The position numbers and the translations under genes are program-made. Of a DNA stretch of 55,914 nt, positions 9,712-19,879 are shown piece by piece. Under the pieces are notes generated by a model. It was not told the origin of the DNA. It worked only from the letters and a program-made list of their open reading frames with translations, and made no database searches. This DNA comes from Trichomonas gallinae (taxonomy: Eukaryota): the NCBI GenBank assembly GCA_008369845.1, contig MRSU01005508.1:1-55914 (forward strand), given 5' to 3'. Every line of letters begins with the position of its first letter. Within the stretch, counting starts at the first letter, position 1.

Positions 9712-10887
9712 TTAGCGTTCCTTGCAGTATTCATCCATTTGCTTATATTTCTCAAGGAATTCAGAGAATTTGACCTCCTGCTTGTCCGCACCACATTCTG
9801 TGATGTTCAAATTATCACCATTGAGAGCAAATCTGATATAGAGTTCCTTGTTGGTGTCTTCCCAAAGTTCCATGGCGAGGTGGGAGCCATAGCCTGGGAT
9901 TCTGTCAACCTTAGCGTTTTTACCTTCGATGAGTGTCTTGATCGCCATGATTGTTGTGTCGTGGGCTGAGAAGAGGGCGAACTTGACCTTTGACGTACCT
10001 GCCTTAACCAACTTTGGAATTCTCATTAATTCTCTCATTGTGTAAGAGCCTGTGATCCATGGGTTTGTTGTGTAAAGGTCATATGCGTAGTCAGCAATAG
10101 CCTTCAAGCAAACCTCTCTATGGGTCTGGTTGACAACACTTGGGGCTTGTTTGTCAGAGCACCATTGTGTGGCAACATAGTCACAGACTGCATTAACATT
10201 ATCACCGCTCTTGGGAAGCTTGAGGAAGTCAGCAACATCCTTAATCTTCTCCCATGTTTCATTAGTCCATTTAGAGAAATTCTCTGAGGCTGTCCAGTTT
10301 TTATACAATGATGAAAGATCGGAGCAGAAGCCGAAGTTGACGCGGAGGCGAGAAAACTCGGATGAATCAGTGACGATGTCAATGATTTCATTGGGTGATT
10401 GTGGTGGGAAGAGTCCATGAAGGAAAGCCTGGGCAGAGCGGAATGTGCGCTCGATATCAGAGCATCTAGCATAGATGGTCTCTGGATCTGGAACAGGATC
10501 AGTTAAGAGTTTATTATCTTCATAAATATACTTATGATAAAGCTGTCCAAGCTTGACATGTTGGTCCATACCAGAGAGAATAAGGTCTCCAGAACGGCAG
10601 TTTGGTAAATACTCGACGAGTCTCTGATCAAGGACTTGCTTGAATCTGCGGAAGTGGTTAATTGGTGCTGCATGCATTCTTGGGGCAATAGCATCATCGG
10701 AATCGCATTGCCAGTAGCCTCTGAATGCCATTGGGACGCCAAATGAGCTAAGTGGAGCGCGTGCACCATGTCGTGTTAAGACTTGAACATATTTAAGTGT
10801 CTTACCATCAAGCTTTTGTGGAAGTTTGAGAGCACCAACGCATTTATCATCGATAGATGTCGCTGAATATATGAGAAATAGAAACAT
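9712..10887 (-). CDS. Histidine acid phosphatase (secreted/lysosomal type)
   Basis: Catalytic RHGARAP motif, ERTFRSA, and HD in SAHDTT. Short signal peptide MFLFLIYSATS from ATG 10887; the upstream ATG at 10935 lies within promoter-like words. Confidence 0.93.
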   Translation of the reverse strand: MFLFLIYSATSIDDKCVGALKLPQKLDGKTLKYVQVLTRHGARAPLSSFGVPMAFRGYWQCDSDDAIAPRMHAAPINHFRRFKQVLDQRLVEYLPNCRSGDLILSGMDQHVKLGQLYHKYIYEDNKLLTDPVPDPETIYARCSDIERTFRSAQAFLHGLFPPQSPNEIIDIVTDSSEFSRLRVNFGFCSDLSSLYKNWTASENFSKWTNETWEKIKDVADFLKLPKSGDNVNAVCDYVATQWCSDKQAPSVVNQTHREVCLKAIADYAYDLYTTNPWITGSYTMRELMRIPKLVKAGTSKVKFALFSAHDTTIMAIKTLIEGKNAKVDRIPGYGSHLAMELWEDTNKELYIRFALNGDNLNITECGADKQEVKFSEFLEKYKQMDEYCKER

Positions 10888-10899
10888 AGATATTAAATA

Positions 10900-11345
10900 G
10901 AAAAGTGACGTTCGGATTGAGAAAGTGACATTCATTGTTTTAAAACCTTATTTCTGAAATTCATCGACTTTGACACGTAAACCATTCAAAAATATTAAAT
11001 GTCAAAATATATCAAGAACCGAATTATTTGAAGTGGGCCGGCACCGAAATATTGAAATTAAAGTTGTAAATTTGGTGTACTCTCATATTATTGCTAGAGG
11101 GCGCTAAACTAAAAATATAACATCCATCTAAAAGTGACAGATTTTATACCAATGGCAGACTGATTCAGAAAACTGACAGAAATTAAACCTTGTTGAAAAG
11201 TGACATACCTTAAAACAATGATCGAAAAGTGACATAATTTATCAAACCGATTTTGTCACGTAAAAATAAAAATGACATTTTGTCAAATAGATTACAAAAG
11301 TGACATTTTGTCAAGTAAATTTCAAAATTGACATCACATCAAATA
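10900..11345. promoter_or_regulatory. Divergent promoter region with clustered AAAGTGAC / TGACA words
   Basis: Exact AAAGTGAC at 10902, 10922, 11131, 11197, 11226 and 11297. Near-palindrome TGACATTTTGTCA at 11273 and 11301. TTG(A/T)CACGTAAA at 10970 and 11253. Confidence 0.65.
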
Positions 11346-11412
11346 TTGTCAAAAGTTAAATGTCAAAAATGATGTAAACTTTAGAAAATCATTATACCCG
11401 AAATACTCCACG

Positions 11413-11748
11413 ATGCCGAAGCCAGCGAGGACAAGGCAGCATATTATCATCCACAAAACTCCTAATGAGGGGGTGATCTACGTATTTCATGGAAGAAAGA
11501 TCATGAAATTTGCGAATTTCGCATGCATAGAAGCGAAACAAGAAATTTTGCAACAAATGAAAAGCTTTTTTGTAGTACGCAATGAAATGTCAGCAAATAT
11601 AGAAGTTGAAGAAGCTACAGAAAATTCATTTGACGTTAATAGATATTCATCAGGTCATATTATTCAAATCAATGAATCAAAGTTTGCCGGAGATCTCATT
11701 AAAAATGAGGACCATTCCGGTGTAGAAGAAAATTTAGTTATCACGTAG
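11413..11748 (+). CDS. Small hypothetical protein (111 aa)
   Basis: ATG-started ORF with coding-like GC content, directly downstream of the motif-rich promoter. No recognised domain. Confidence 0.6.
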   Translation: MPKPARTRQHIIIHKTPNEGVIYVFHGRKIMKFANFACIEAKQEILQQMKSFFVVRNEMSANIEVEEATENSFDVNRYSSGHIIQINESKFAGDLIKNEDHSGVEENLVIT

Positions 11749-12025
11749 TCAAAATTTCTTTGACTAGAAATTGATTTTCATCTTCTCCAAAGTTTATCGC
11801 ATTAACAACTTTCGCATAGCCAATGTACGCATGAGATAATCCTTGTTTTTGCAGAAATGAAATTTCATGAATTTTGATATATCGATATTTAATGAAATAT
11901 AAATGAAGACTAACAGACAGCATTACACACATATTATTAGACTAATTTACTTCTTGATAAAAAAATTTCTATAATTATAAAGCAAACAAACAAATAATCT
12001 TTATAGTATATGAAATCAGCAATAG

Positions 12026-15000
12026 TTATTGCAGAATTTCTATAATATGATCGATATTTTCAAAATCAACAATTTTTCCAGATATTCCTGGAATAAGATT
12101 AACTACATCGTTATTCTCGTTTTCTGGCATTGTGTGAATACTGTTTTCAGCGAAGAATATAGATTTCGCTTTTTGTGCGAAAATTGCTTTTCTACATTCA
12201 TTAGCATGAGTGTAGCTAATACTAACGTAAGGTTCATTTGAAATATCAACAGCTGCAGTTAATTTGGACTTCAAAACAAGGATATTCAGCAACGCATTTT
12301 GATTCACGTCTCTGTTTCTTCCTGATGGCTTACTAGCAGCGATGAAGTCTCTACAGAAGAGGAGAAGGACATTTTTATCATGCCCAGAGTATAAAAAGTA
12401 GATTAAAGAACCTTCGCATTTCAACAAGTAAATCGAAGAATAATACTGAAGCAAGTTCTTTGATGCGAAGAAGATCTGATCTACTGGTGTATTAAATTCC
12501 ATTGAGTTGAATCTTGCTATAATAATAAATGCTTTTTCAAGAATTATTTCTTTCATTCCGTTGTTGCAGAAGATTTCCGCAATTTGCGAAGGAATGAGTT
12601 TACCTAGAACAGAAGCAAGGCTGTTCTTAGACGGGCTGTCTGATGTATTATCATACAAAGCTATTCTCGTTATCTTAGTTAATGAATAGATGCTTTCGAT
12701 GAATTTCTTAACTTTCTTGTGCGAAATTGTAAATATTCTTTCATGATCAGAATTTATCTGAAATACATCATCATACTTTCTTCCTATCATGTCTATCGGT
12801 TCAATTCCTATTAGTTCGGTGCTCTGATGGGAAACATCAATAATATAATTTGACTCATTAGCAAGTGTAACTTCAATTATGTTGTTGGGAAGTTTGCAGT
12901 CATCATCGTCTATCAACGGTTTCTTCAAACTTTCAACATAGCCTGTTGGAAAGTGGAAAAGCGAATCAAAGCCAATCATAATGAAACTTTCGACTTTGAA
13001 AACTGCAATATTCAATAAAAACCATAATAAACTTGTGATAATGCTGTAAGAAACAAGTCCAATCATCGATGAAGAATTGATTTTATCAGTGTCTTCCAAA
13101 AATGGCTCTAGGCTTCTGAAATAGAATGACAAGTTATGATGAAGATTCTCAATGTTGGCAGTAGACAGTGTGTTAGGCATATTTGTAATAAGTTGGTAAG
13201 GTAAAGTGTGAATATTTGTGATGTTATCGATAATATTCTCCAAGAAGCTGCTGTTATGGTTAAACATATATTGTAGGACAACTCTTGCGTGAAGAACTAT
13301 TGCCATAGTTATAATCCATGGCAGAAGATGAGATATCATTATGGATCTGATTCCTTTCTTACCTGAGAACTTAGTATTTTCGATTGTTTCTGATACTAAG
13401 TCTTGATTTTCGACTGATTCTGGCTCAACTCGAATATCTTCGTCTTTTGAGTCATTTGTCAAATCAAACATCTCTTCACTTGCATCACTTGAATATCTTG
13501 CTGTAGCCTGGTGAATGAAAGGACTCATTAAAGCGAACTGACTTGGCTTCAAAATTTGGTCATTGCCCAAAAATGAGATCGCAACTTTCGAGTCTTTTAA
13601 GTTGACGTGGTGACTTTTGTTTGTTGATTTAGGAAGAGAAAACTGACTATCAGAGTCTGATTTCCCGAGTTTGATCCTTTTCTGGTTGTCATTTGTTGAC
13701 TTGTTAATCGTTTGAATGTTCTTTTCGTTGTGGAGAATCAGTCTGAACAAATCCCAACTTTCTAGAGATTTCTTGAGTAGCAACATACTCAGTCTTTCCT
13801 TGGAGCCCAGAAACTGCACAGCTTCATCAGATATCTCGGACATTGTGAACCTAATCGAAAGGTAGCCCATGAATGCTGAGAAGATTGAAGTCATTATCGC
13901 ACAGATTATCAAAATGAACAAAAACTTGTTGTAAGTCGTAAGAATGCGAGTATTAGCGAGCATGTGAGAAATATTTTCGTTGATGTACATAAAATTCATT
14001 TGTATTCCAGACAATGAATTATAAATGATTTTCGAAGCATTCAATAAATCTAGACATTTTTGACCTGTTGACTTAGCCAAAAAGTCTGATGCTTGACTTA
14101 ATGCTCTAGCTTTGAATGCAAAATCATCACCATATGAAAATGAATATCTAAAAATAAATTTGTAAATTTCTCTTTTCACTTCATCACATTCGAATTGAAT
14201 TACTTCAGTTTTAGAGAATGTTGGCTGCATAATTACACCAGCTGTCAGCTGAAGGGAAAGCTCCATTGTGTTCTTGACTAGGTTTTTGATATCACTTAGC
14301 ATGAAGACAGAATATTTTTCGTTGTTAGTGATTTCTTTCATATAAAATCCAAACCAAATCAGCACAATAATGCAGCTGACTAATATATTCATCGAGACCA
14401 TTGAGTTACTCTTCTGAACAAACATGGCTATTAAACTATTGTCCATTTCTTCGTTCCTAAAGATGATATTTTCATCAACGTGGAAACGAACTTGATTATC
14501 TTTTAATGCATTATCAGTTTGCGCTGACGAAGAATCATCATCAGAATGAGATGTGCTTTTTTCTTCTGAATACACATCAATTGATAATGGATAATAACTT
14601 GCTGTCCACTTGAATATTGGATCTACTGGTGCTACACGATTTTCTTTCAAGAAATTTGCATAGCGACGATAAGTGACAGATTTTGCTGGTTCACCTTGCG
14701 CAATTAGCAAAATTTCTGCGTAAGATTGGTAGATGTATGGGTCACTTTGATATATGAAGCACAAGTACTTGATAAAGTTTATGAGATCGATATGTGTTAA
14801 GCTGGCTTGCGTTCCATATATGAAAGATTTCATAAAGTTTTTCTGGTATCGTTCTTTCCAGAAAAGTGATAAACATACCAAATATCTTCTATGCAGATCA
14901 TCCAAATTTGTTAAATAATGCTGAGGTGCTGATCCTTCAATTGACTTGAATAATCTAGAATACAGGTAAAACTGGTATTCATAGTATGGATTCTGCGTTT

Positions 15001-16138
15001 TTGTCATTGACAGCATCAACAAAATCTTCTGTCTTTGATTTTTGAAAATTCCCAAAAATCTAACAGCTTCAATTATTTCCTCTTGGCTGTGATTGATTCT
15101 AAGATACATAAAGTTCTCAAGTCCTTCGATATCAGCTTTTGTTTGCGCTGTTATTCTCATGACAAGAGAACTTTTTATCGGAAACCACCATGGTGGCAAA
15201 TATTTTTCGTTTAAAATCAGGAAAGCATACTTACCCATGATGAATTGATACGCAAGATATATACACGTATACAAAACCATTGATAATATGAGGACAATAA
15301 CTGGTGTCAAGAACTTGCACGGATATAAATGATACAACCAAACGAATGGTTGAGCAAATAAAATTGCATCTTGCGAAATCACTCCAATTACACTGATATG
15401 GACGCCCATAGATATCCTAGCTTCAAGATATATAAACAAAACGATCGGATAAGCAAGGAATCCAGCGATTAAAACAATTGTGTGATTGGATTGAGCCAAA
15501 TTTATTTGTGTGGTAACAGCGAGAAATCGCATCCAAAAATTTGCGATATCCATGACGCCTGTATGCGAATCAAGGAGGCTGTAATATATAAAAATCCTTG
15601 GTCTTACAAAAACAGACATCATATAATCAATTTGGGCGAAAAATGCAAGAGAAATCGTATGAAGCAAAAAAGCTACGAAACTACGCAAATTCTTGTAATG
15701 ATGCAGTTGCATGCATTGTTGGCTAAATGCAAAGAACATATGAATCTGATAAACGGGCATAATAAATTCGAAGATCGAAGTTACAACGAAAAATGCATTT
15801 TTGGACACGTATTTACCATTTTTTGCACGTATTGAGTTGATGTAAAAGTGTAAATATAATAAAATAACAGCGACTAGTGTAAAAGATGTTTCTTTGATAG
15901 GAATATGGGCGATGTCGAAGCAACTATTTAGTAAACCTGCATTGTTGAGTGCTCTTAATAGTGTTATCGATCTCGTATTGATCTCAGCGATTTTAGAAAA
16001 ATCTAGTGTGAAAAAAACAAACTGAAAAAAGCGAATTACTTCACGTATCCACTTGAGTCTCCACGGTAGAGAAGCCCTATAGCGCATTTCGAATGCGAAG
16101 TCATAGAAATTTCGCATATGGGACCTCAATTGAAACAT
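12026..16138 (-). CDS. Multi-pass transmembrane PAS + degenerate adenylate/guanylate cyclase-like protein
   Basis: N-terminal multi-TM block, helical YQSDPYIYQSYAEILL segment, further TM pairs, PAS-like IIDVSHQSTELIGIEPIDMIGRKYDDVF, then class III cyclase-like LGKLIPSQIAE...AFIIIARF...LLKCEGS...ANECR. Confidence 0.75.
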   Translation of the reverse strand: MFQLRSHMRNFYDFAFEMRYRASLPWRLKWIREVIRFFQFVFFTLDFSKIAEINTRSITLLRALNNAGLLNSCFDIAHIPIKETSFTLVAVILLYLHFYINSIRAKNGKYVSKNAFFVVTSIFEFIMPVYQIHMFFAFSQQCMQLHHYKNLRSFVAFLLHTISLAFFAQIDYMMSVFVRPRIFIYYSLLDSHTGVMDIANFWMRFLAVTTQINLAQSNHTIVLIAGFLAYPIVLFIYLEARISMGVHISVIGVISQDAILFAQPFVWLYHLYPCKFLTPVIVLILSMVLYTCIYLAYQFIMGKYAFLILNEKYLPPWWFPIKSSLVMRITAQTKADIEGLENFMYLRINHSQEEIIEAVRFLGIFKNQRQKILLMLSMTKTQNPYYEYQFYLYSRLFKSIEGSAPQHYLTNLDDLHRRYLVCLSLFWKERYQKNFMKSFIYGTQASLTHIDLINFIKYLCFIYQSDPYIYQSYAEILLIAQGEPAKSVTYRRYANFLKENRVAPVDPIFKWTASYYPLSIDVYSEEKSTSHSDDDSSSAQTDNALKDNQVRFHVDENIIFRNEEMDNSLIAMFVQKSNSMVSMNILVSCIIVLIWFGFYMKEITNNEKYSVFMLSDIKNLVKNTMELSLQLTAGVIMQPTFSKTEVIQFECDEVKREIYKFIFRYSFSYGDDFAFKARALSQASDFLAKSTGQKCLDLLNASKIIYNSLSGIQMNFMYINENISHMLANTRILTTYNKFLFILIICAIMTSIFSAFMGYLSIRFTMSEISDEAVQFLGSKERLSMLLLKKSLESWDLFRLILHNEKNIQTINKSTNDNQKRIKLGKSDSDSQFSLPKSTNKSHHVNLKDSKVAISFLGNDQILKPSQFALMSPFIHQATARYSSDASEEMFDLTNDSKDEDIRVEPESVENQDLVSETIENTKFSGKKGIRSIMISHLLPWIITMAIVLHARVVLQYMFNHNSSFLENIIDNITNIHTLPYQLITNMPNTLSTANIENLHHNLSFYFRSLEPFLEDTDKINSSSMIGLVSYSIITSLLWFLLNIAVFKVESFIMIGFDSLFHFPTGYVESLKKPLIDDDDCKLPNNIIEVTLANESNYIIDVSHQSTELIGIEPIDMIGRKYDDVFQINSDHERIFTISHKKVKKFIESIYSLTKITRIALYDNTSDSPSKNSLASVLGKLIPSQIAEIFCNNGMKEIILEKAFIIIARFNSMEFNTPVDQIFFASKNLLQYYSSIYLLKCEGSLIYFLYSGHDKNVLLLFCRDFIAASKPSGRNRDVNQNALLNILVLKSKLTAAVDISNEPYVSISYTHANECRKAIFAQKAKSIFFAENSIHTMPENENNDVVNLIPGISGKIVDFENIDHIIEILQ

Positions 16139-16559
16139 TTTTTCCTTTTTTAAAATATTTGAATGGAAAAATTGGAGGTTTTAACCTTTTTTGGACGATA
16201 AAACACACATTAAACACCTCACAATACAATATTACAGCCAAATAATTGAGGGAAAAAAAATTTAAGAAAATGTTAAAAAATTACAATTCTATAATAAATA
16301 TATATATTTTCATTTTTAATTTCGATATTTTTTTTGAATTAAAAATAATCGTCTTAATTTGTCACGTTTTAATATTGAATGCATCAAAGTTCTCAATTTT
16401 TTTACAATGCTTGATATCTGTCGTATTATGATTATAAACATTATTTTACACAAAAACAATCAATTTCACAAAAAAATGCGAATCTGAACACAAAACATAG
16501 TTTAATGTAATATATACTATGAGCGATATCCATATATAATAAAATCTCGAAAAATTCTC

Positions 16560-17760
16560 CGATTATTTTTCATTGAAATTAAATTTACGACATAACAATG
16601 ATCTGATCTATCATTAATACATAACATATTAAACTTTTCTAAAATTCAATTATTTTCCCATAATCATGCAAAAAATTAAACTTACAATCAGTATCGATTA
16701 AAAATACTCCAATATCATCCAAACCTCTTGAAACTGCAATGAAAACAAGCCGGTTGATATCAGGAGCAAAATCATTGATGTTACACCCATATCTAACAAG
16801 TTCTTTGACAATAGCTGAATTGACATTCATGCTTCGTTCAAAATATATATATTTGAGATTATCACAGTCAAATTTTGGTGCGAGATGATTTAGAATGTCA
16901 GTATAATTCTTTTCGATTGTCAGATCAAGAATTGACTTGTTTGCAAATTTATCATTTAAATTGCATCCGTGATCAACAAATAGATTTAATGATTTTCAAA
17001 TCTTTAAACCATATTGCATACCACAAAGGTGTTCTGTTATAGCTATCAAATATGTTGATATTTTCACCATTATCTATCAAGAATTTAATAACATCAAACA
17101 GTTGATGATATGTTGCTTTAAAGATAGGTATTTCTTTTAAAAGGTAATCTCCATAAATTTTCAGCTTAGCAGATAATATCAAAGAAACAATTGGATATTG
17201 GTTGTGATCAATGGCTGCATACAATGCTTTTTTGATAATTTCAAATGGAAGATCAAGAGTAAAATGTGTATCAAGAGTAAAAGAAATTTAATCTTCGTTA
17301 TCAGAATAAGCTATTGTCTCAAAAATTGTGATTTCGTTGGAACCAACATGTTCGACATTCGCTCCAAGCTTTATAAGTTCCTTTTCCATATTATAATCAA
17401 ATGTTCCTAGTGCATAATTCAAAGGTGTATCATGGTTATTATCTTCAGCATCTATATTTATATTAGCTTTTTTTTTCACGTATTCGACTCAATGTGGACT
17501 TATTACCAGCAAGAGCTGTATAGTACAAAAATGTTAATCTATCATTATCTTTAATTTTCATGTTGCATTTTTTTTTGGAGTAATAAAGTAATAATTCCAT
17601 ATTGATTTTTTGATACAGCAAGTATAAACGGTGTTATTCCAGAATCGTTTTGGACGTCAATATTTGCACCTGATATTTCCAATATCAGCAAATCCATTAT
17701 AAATTGCAAAAAGCAATTCTGAATTCTGTTGTTTATCTTTCCATTTGTCAATTTGTTAAG
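16560..17760 (-). pseudogene. Decayed ankyrin-repeat gene
   Basis: Four collinear short ORFs in shifting frames carry ankyrin motifs (GANIDVQNDSGITPFILAV, DAEDNNHDTPLNYA, GENINIFDSYNRTPLWYA, IVKELVRYGCNIN), separated by stops and frameshifts. Ends are approximate. Confidence 0.9.
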
Positions 17761-17813
17761 TTAACTTAAAGTTTATAACAAATCAGAATTAAAAAGCAAA
17801 GATGATGTTAGTT

Positions 17814-19133
17814 TTATATATTATCGCAGAATATTGATGGTTTTCCTGTGTTTGACCTTCCTTTAGGTACATTTTCACGCAGCCATTTTTCTATGGATTC
17901 GTATTTCTTGATGCTTTCTTCTTCTTTTTGATTTATTTTGTCGAATGTTGATAGAATTAAGTTGCTTGTCTGTCCAATGTCCATTGGCCTGATGGGATCA
18001 GGATATGAATAAAGGTTTCTTCTTTCTCTGGTCATTCTACGATATTTTTGCAACTCTTCTTTTTGTGATAAAAGTTTTTCTACTTTTCCCATGTCATTGT
18101 GGCTTATAAAGTGTCTTATCAAGATATCGAGCATCAAAAGAGTTGCTGGGTCCCCCTGATCGCAACGAATTTTTTCATATACATCACCATAGAGATTATC
18201 TTGCAATTCCAAAACTTCTGGCGTAGTTTCAAACTGTATCAAGAAGTTAAACATAGAATAAAGATCTTCCTTCCTTAGAGAAGAAATAGTACCAAATTCT
18301 TGACATGAAATAATTCGATTACAAACTAACAAAATTGAGTCTTTTTCAATGGAGTGATAAGCTGTTATGACGCCTTCTTGTATATCATCTTCGTTCAAAT
18401 ACTGATACAGTCTATTCATTAAAAGTGTTATTGAGTTTGCTGCTGTGGCAATACCATTGATATTATATAATTTTATGAATAATTCCTTAACATCCTCTTT
18501 CAAACAATCAACGTAATTGTCTATAAATGCTTTAATTAATATATTATAAGAATTAATTTCAAAATCTTTACAAATGCCCATTGTACCATCTATTATTCGA
18601 CAAATGAGTTGTGGATTCATATGAAACCATTGCATATATTCACTATCTGAAAGATCAAATAATGAAGAAATGAAAGTAATGATTTTATCTAACCAAATAT
18701 GTGAAAAATCTGAATTATAGTCTAGTGAACGAAGATAAAAGTCTTCTTTCGGTAGTTTTTCGGTCATTTCTGCTATTGCATCGAATAAGTTAGTAATATC
18801 GGCTGAATTTCCATGTGTGTCTTCTTGGTATTGATTTATAAACTTGTTTGATAAATTAGGATCGTAAAGAAGAATGATTAATACTATTAATCTGTCTTTT
18901 TTCAATTGTTTCTCTTTTAAAATACTGGCAACGTTTGTTGTGCACGGTATATCATCGACATTAAACTTTGTTTTGAAAACTTGACGAAATAATTCGAAAT
19001 CTTCGAGTGTGACGTTTTCTATTAAGTTAATGATCATTTCTAAGTTCTCTCGATATTTCGTGTAGTCCTTTTGTACTAGAATCTGATGAAATATCGGAAT
19101 TAGGTTATACCAAGGATAATCTTGTTTTTGCAT
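17814..19133 (-). CDS. Hypothetical alpha-helical protein (439 aa)
   Basis: Long ATG-started ORF in AT-rich DNA. No recognised motif. Confidence 0.8.
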   Translation of the reverse strand: MQKQDYPWYNLIPIFHQILVQKDYTKYRENLEMIINLIENVTLEDFELFRQVFKTKFNVDDIPCTTNVASILKEKQLKKDRLIVLIILLYDPNLSNKFINQYQEDTHGNSADITNLFDAIAEMTEKLPKEDFYLRSLDYNSDFSHIWLDKIITFISSLFDLSDSEYMQWFHMNPQLICRIIDGTMGICKDFEINSYNILIKAFIDNYVDCLKEDVKELFIKLYNINGIATAANSITLLMNRLYQYLNEDDIQEGVITAYHSIEKDSILLVCNRIISCQEFGTISSLRKEDLYSMFNFLIQFETTPEVLELQDNLYGDVYEKIRCDQGDPATLLMLDILIRHFISHNDMGKVEKLLSQKEELQKYRRMTRERRNLYSYPDPIRPMDIGQTSNLILSTFDKINQKEEESIKKYESIEKWLRENVPKGRSNTGKPSIFCDNI

Positions 19134-19879
19134 TTAATAAATATGTAGCCAAAATTTAAACCAATATCTCTTTTTGTTGATAATAAATCATACTCAAATC
19201 AAAAAACTCTATTTCTTCTTTTGTAGATTTTTCAATTTTTATTTTTTCTACCAATGACTTTAAGTATTCAGAAAAAACAACTCTAGTATTTTTCTCTATA
19301 AATTAATATATTAACAAGCATATATTTAGATTATAATATGAAGTCAAATTTTCGATTTTAACATGTATTTTTAACCTAATAAATCAATAATTTGCAGTAT
19401 CGTGTATAGCTGATAAATTTTGAGTTTTAAACTACTTTGATTTTGATTTGAAATTATTTTTGTTCAAAGTGCAATAAAATAACTTAAATCGGTATTAAAT
19501 CATGATTTACAGATAGTTATTTACATGAAGTGGATTCTTATGGTAAAAGGTATAAGAATGGATGACTTTGTGCGTATCACATTTGCCCGAAGAAATACTT
19601 CCAATGTATTGTATATGAGTCTTTAAATACGTTTGATTTTGCATGTTATACGAAGCATGAAATAGTCAAATGAAAAAACAAGAAATCTCAGGATTCAATT
19701 TTCATAACTCCAAAGATTCGAGATAAAAATATTAGTAAACTCGACATTATACTAATATAAATATAATGATTATATGGTAGAAGTATTAATGTTCAAGCTT
19801 CGTTAGGAAGTTTACAATTTCAATTCAAACAAAAATAAACAAATAGATTTATAAAACATAATAAAACAACAACAATTAT

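Noticed and set aside
11092..11106. TGCTAGAGGGCGCTA resembles a CTCF site
   Set aside because: Single partial match, and CTCF is an animal protein.
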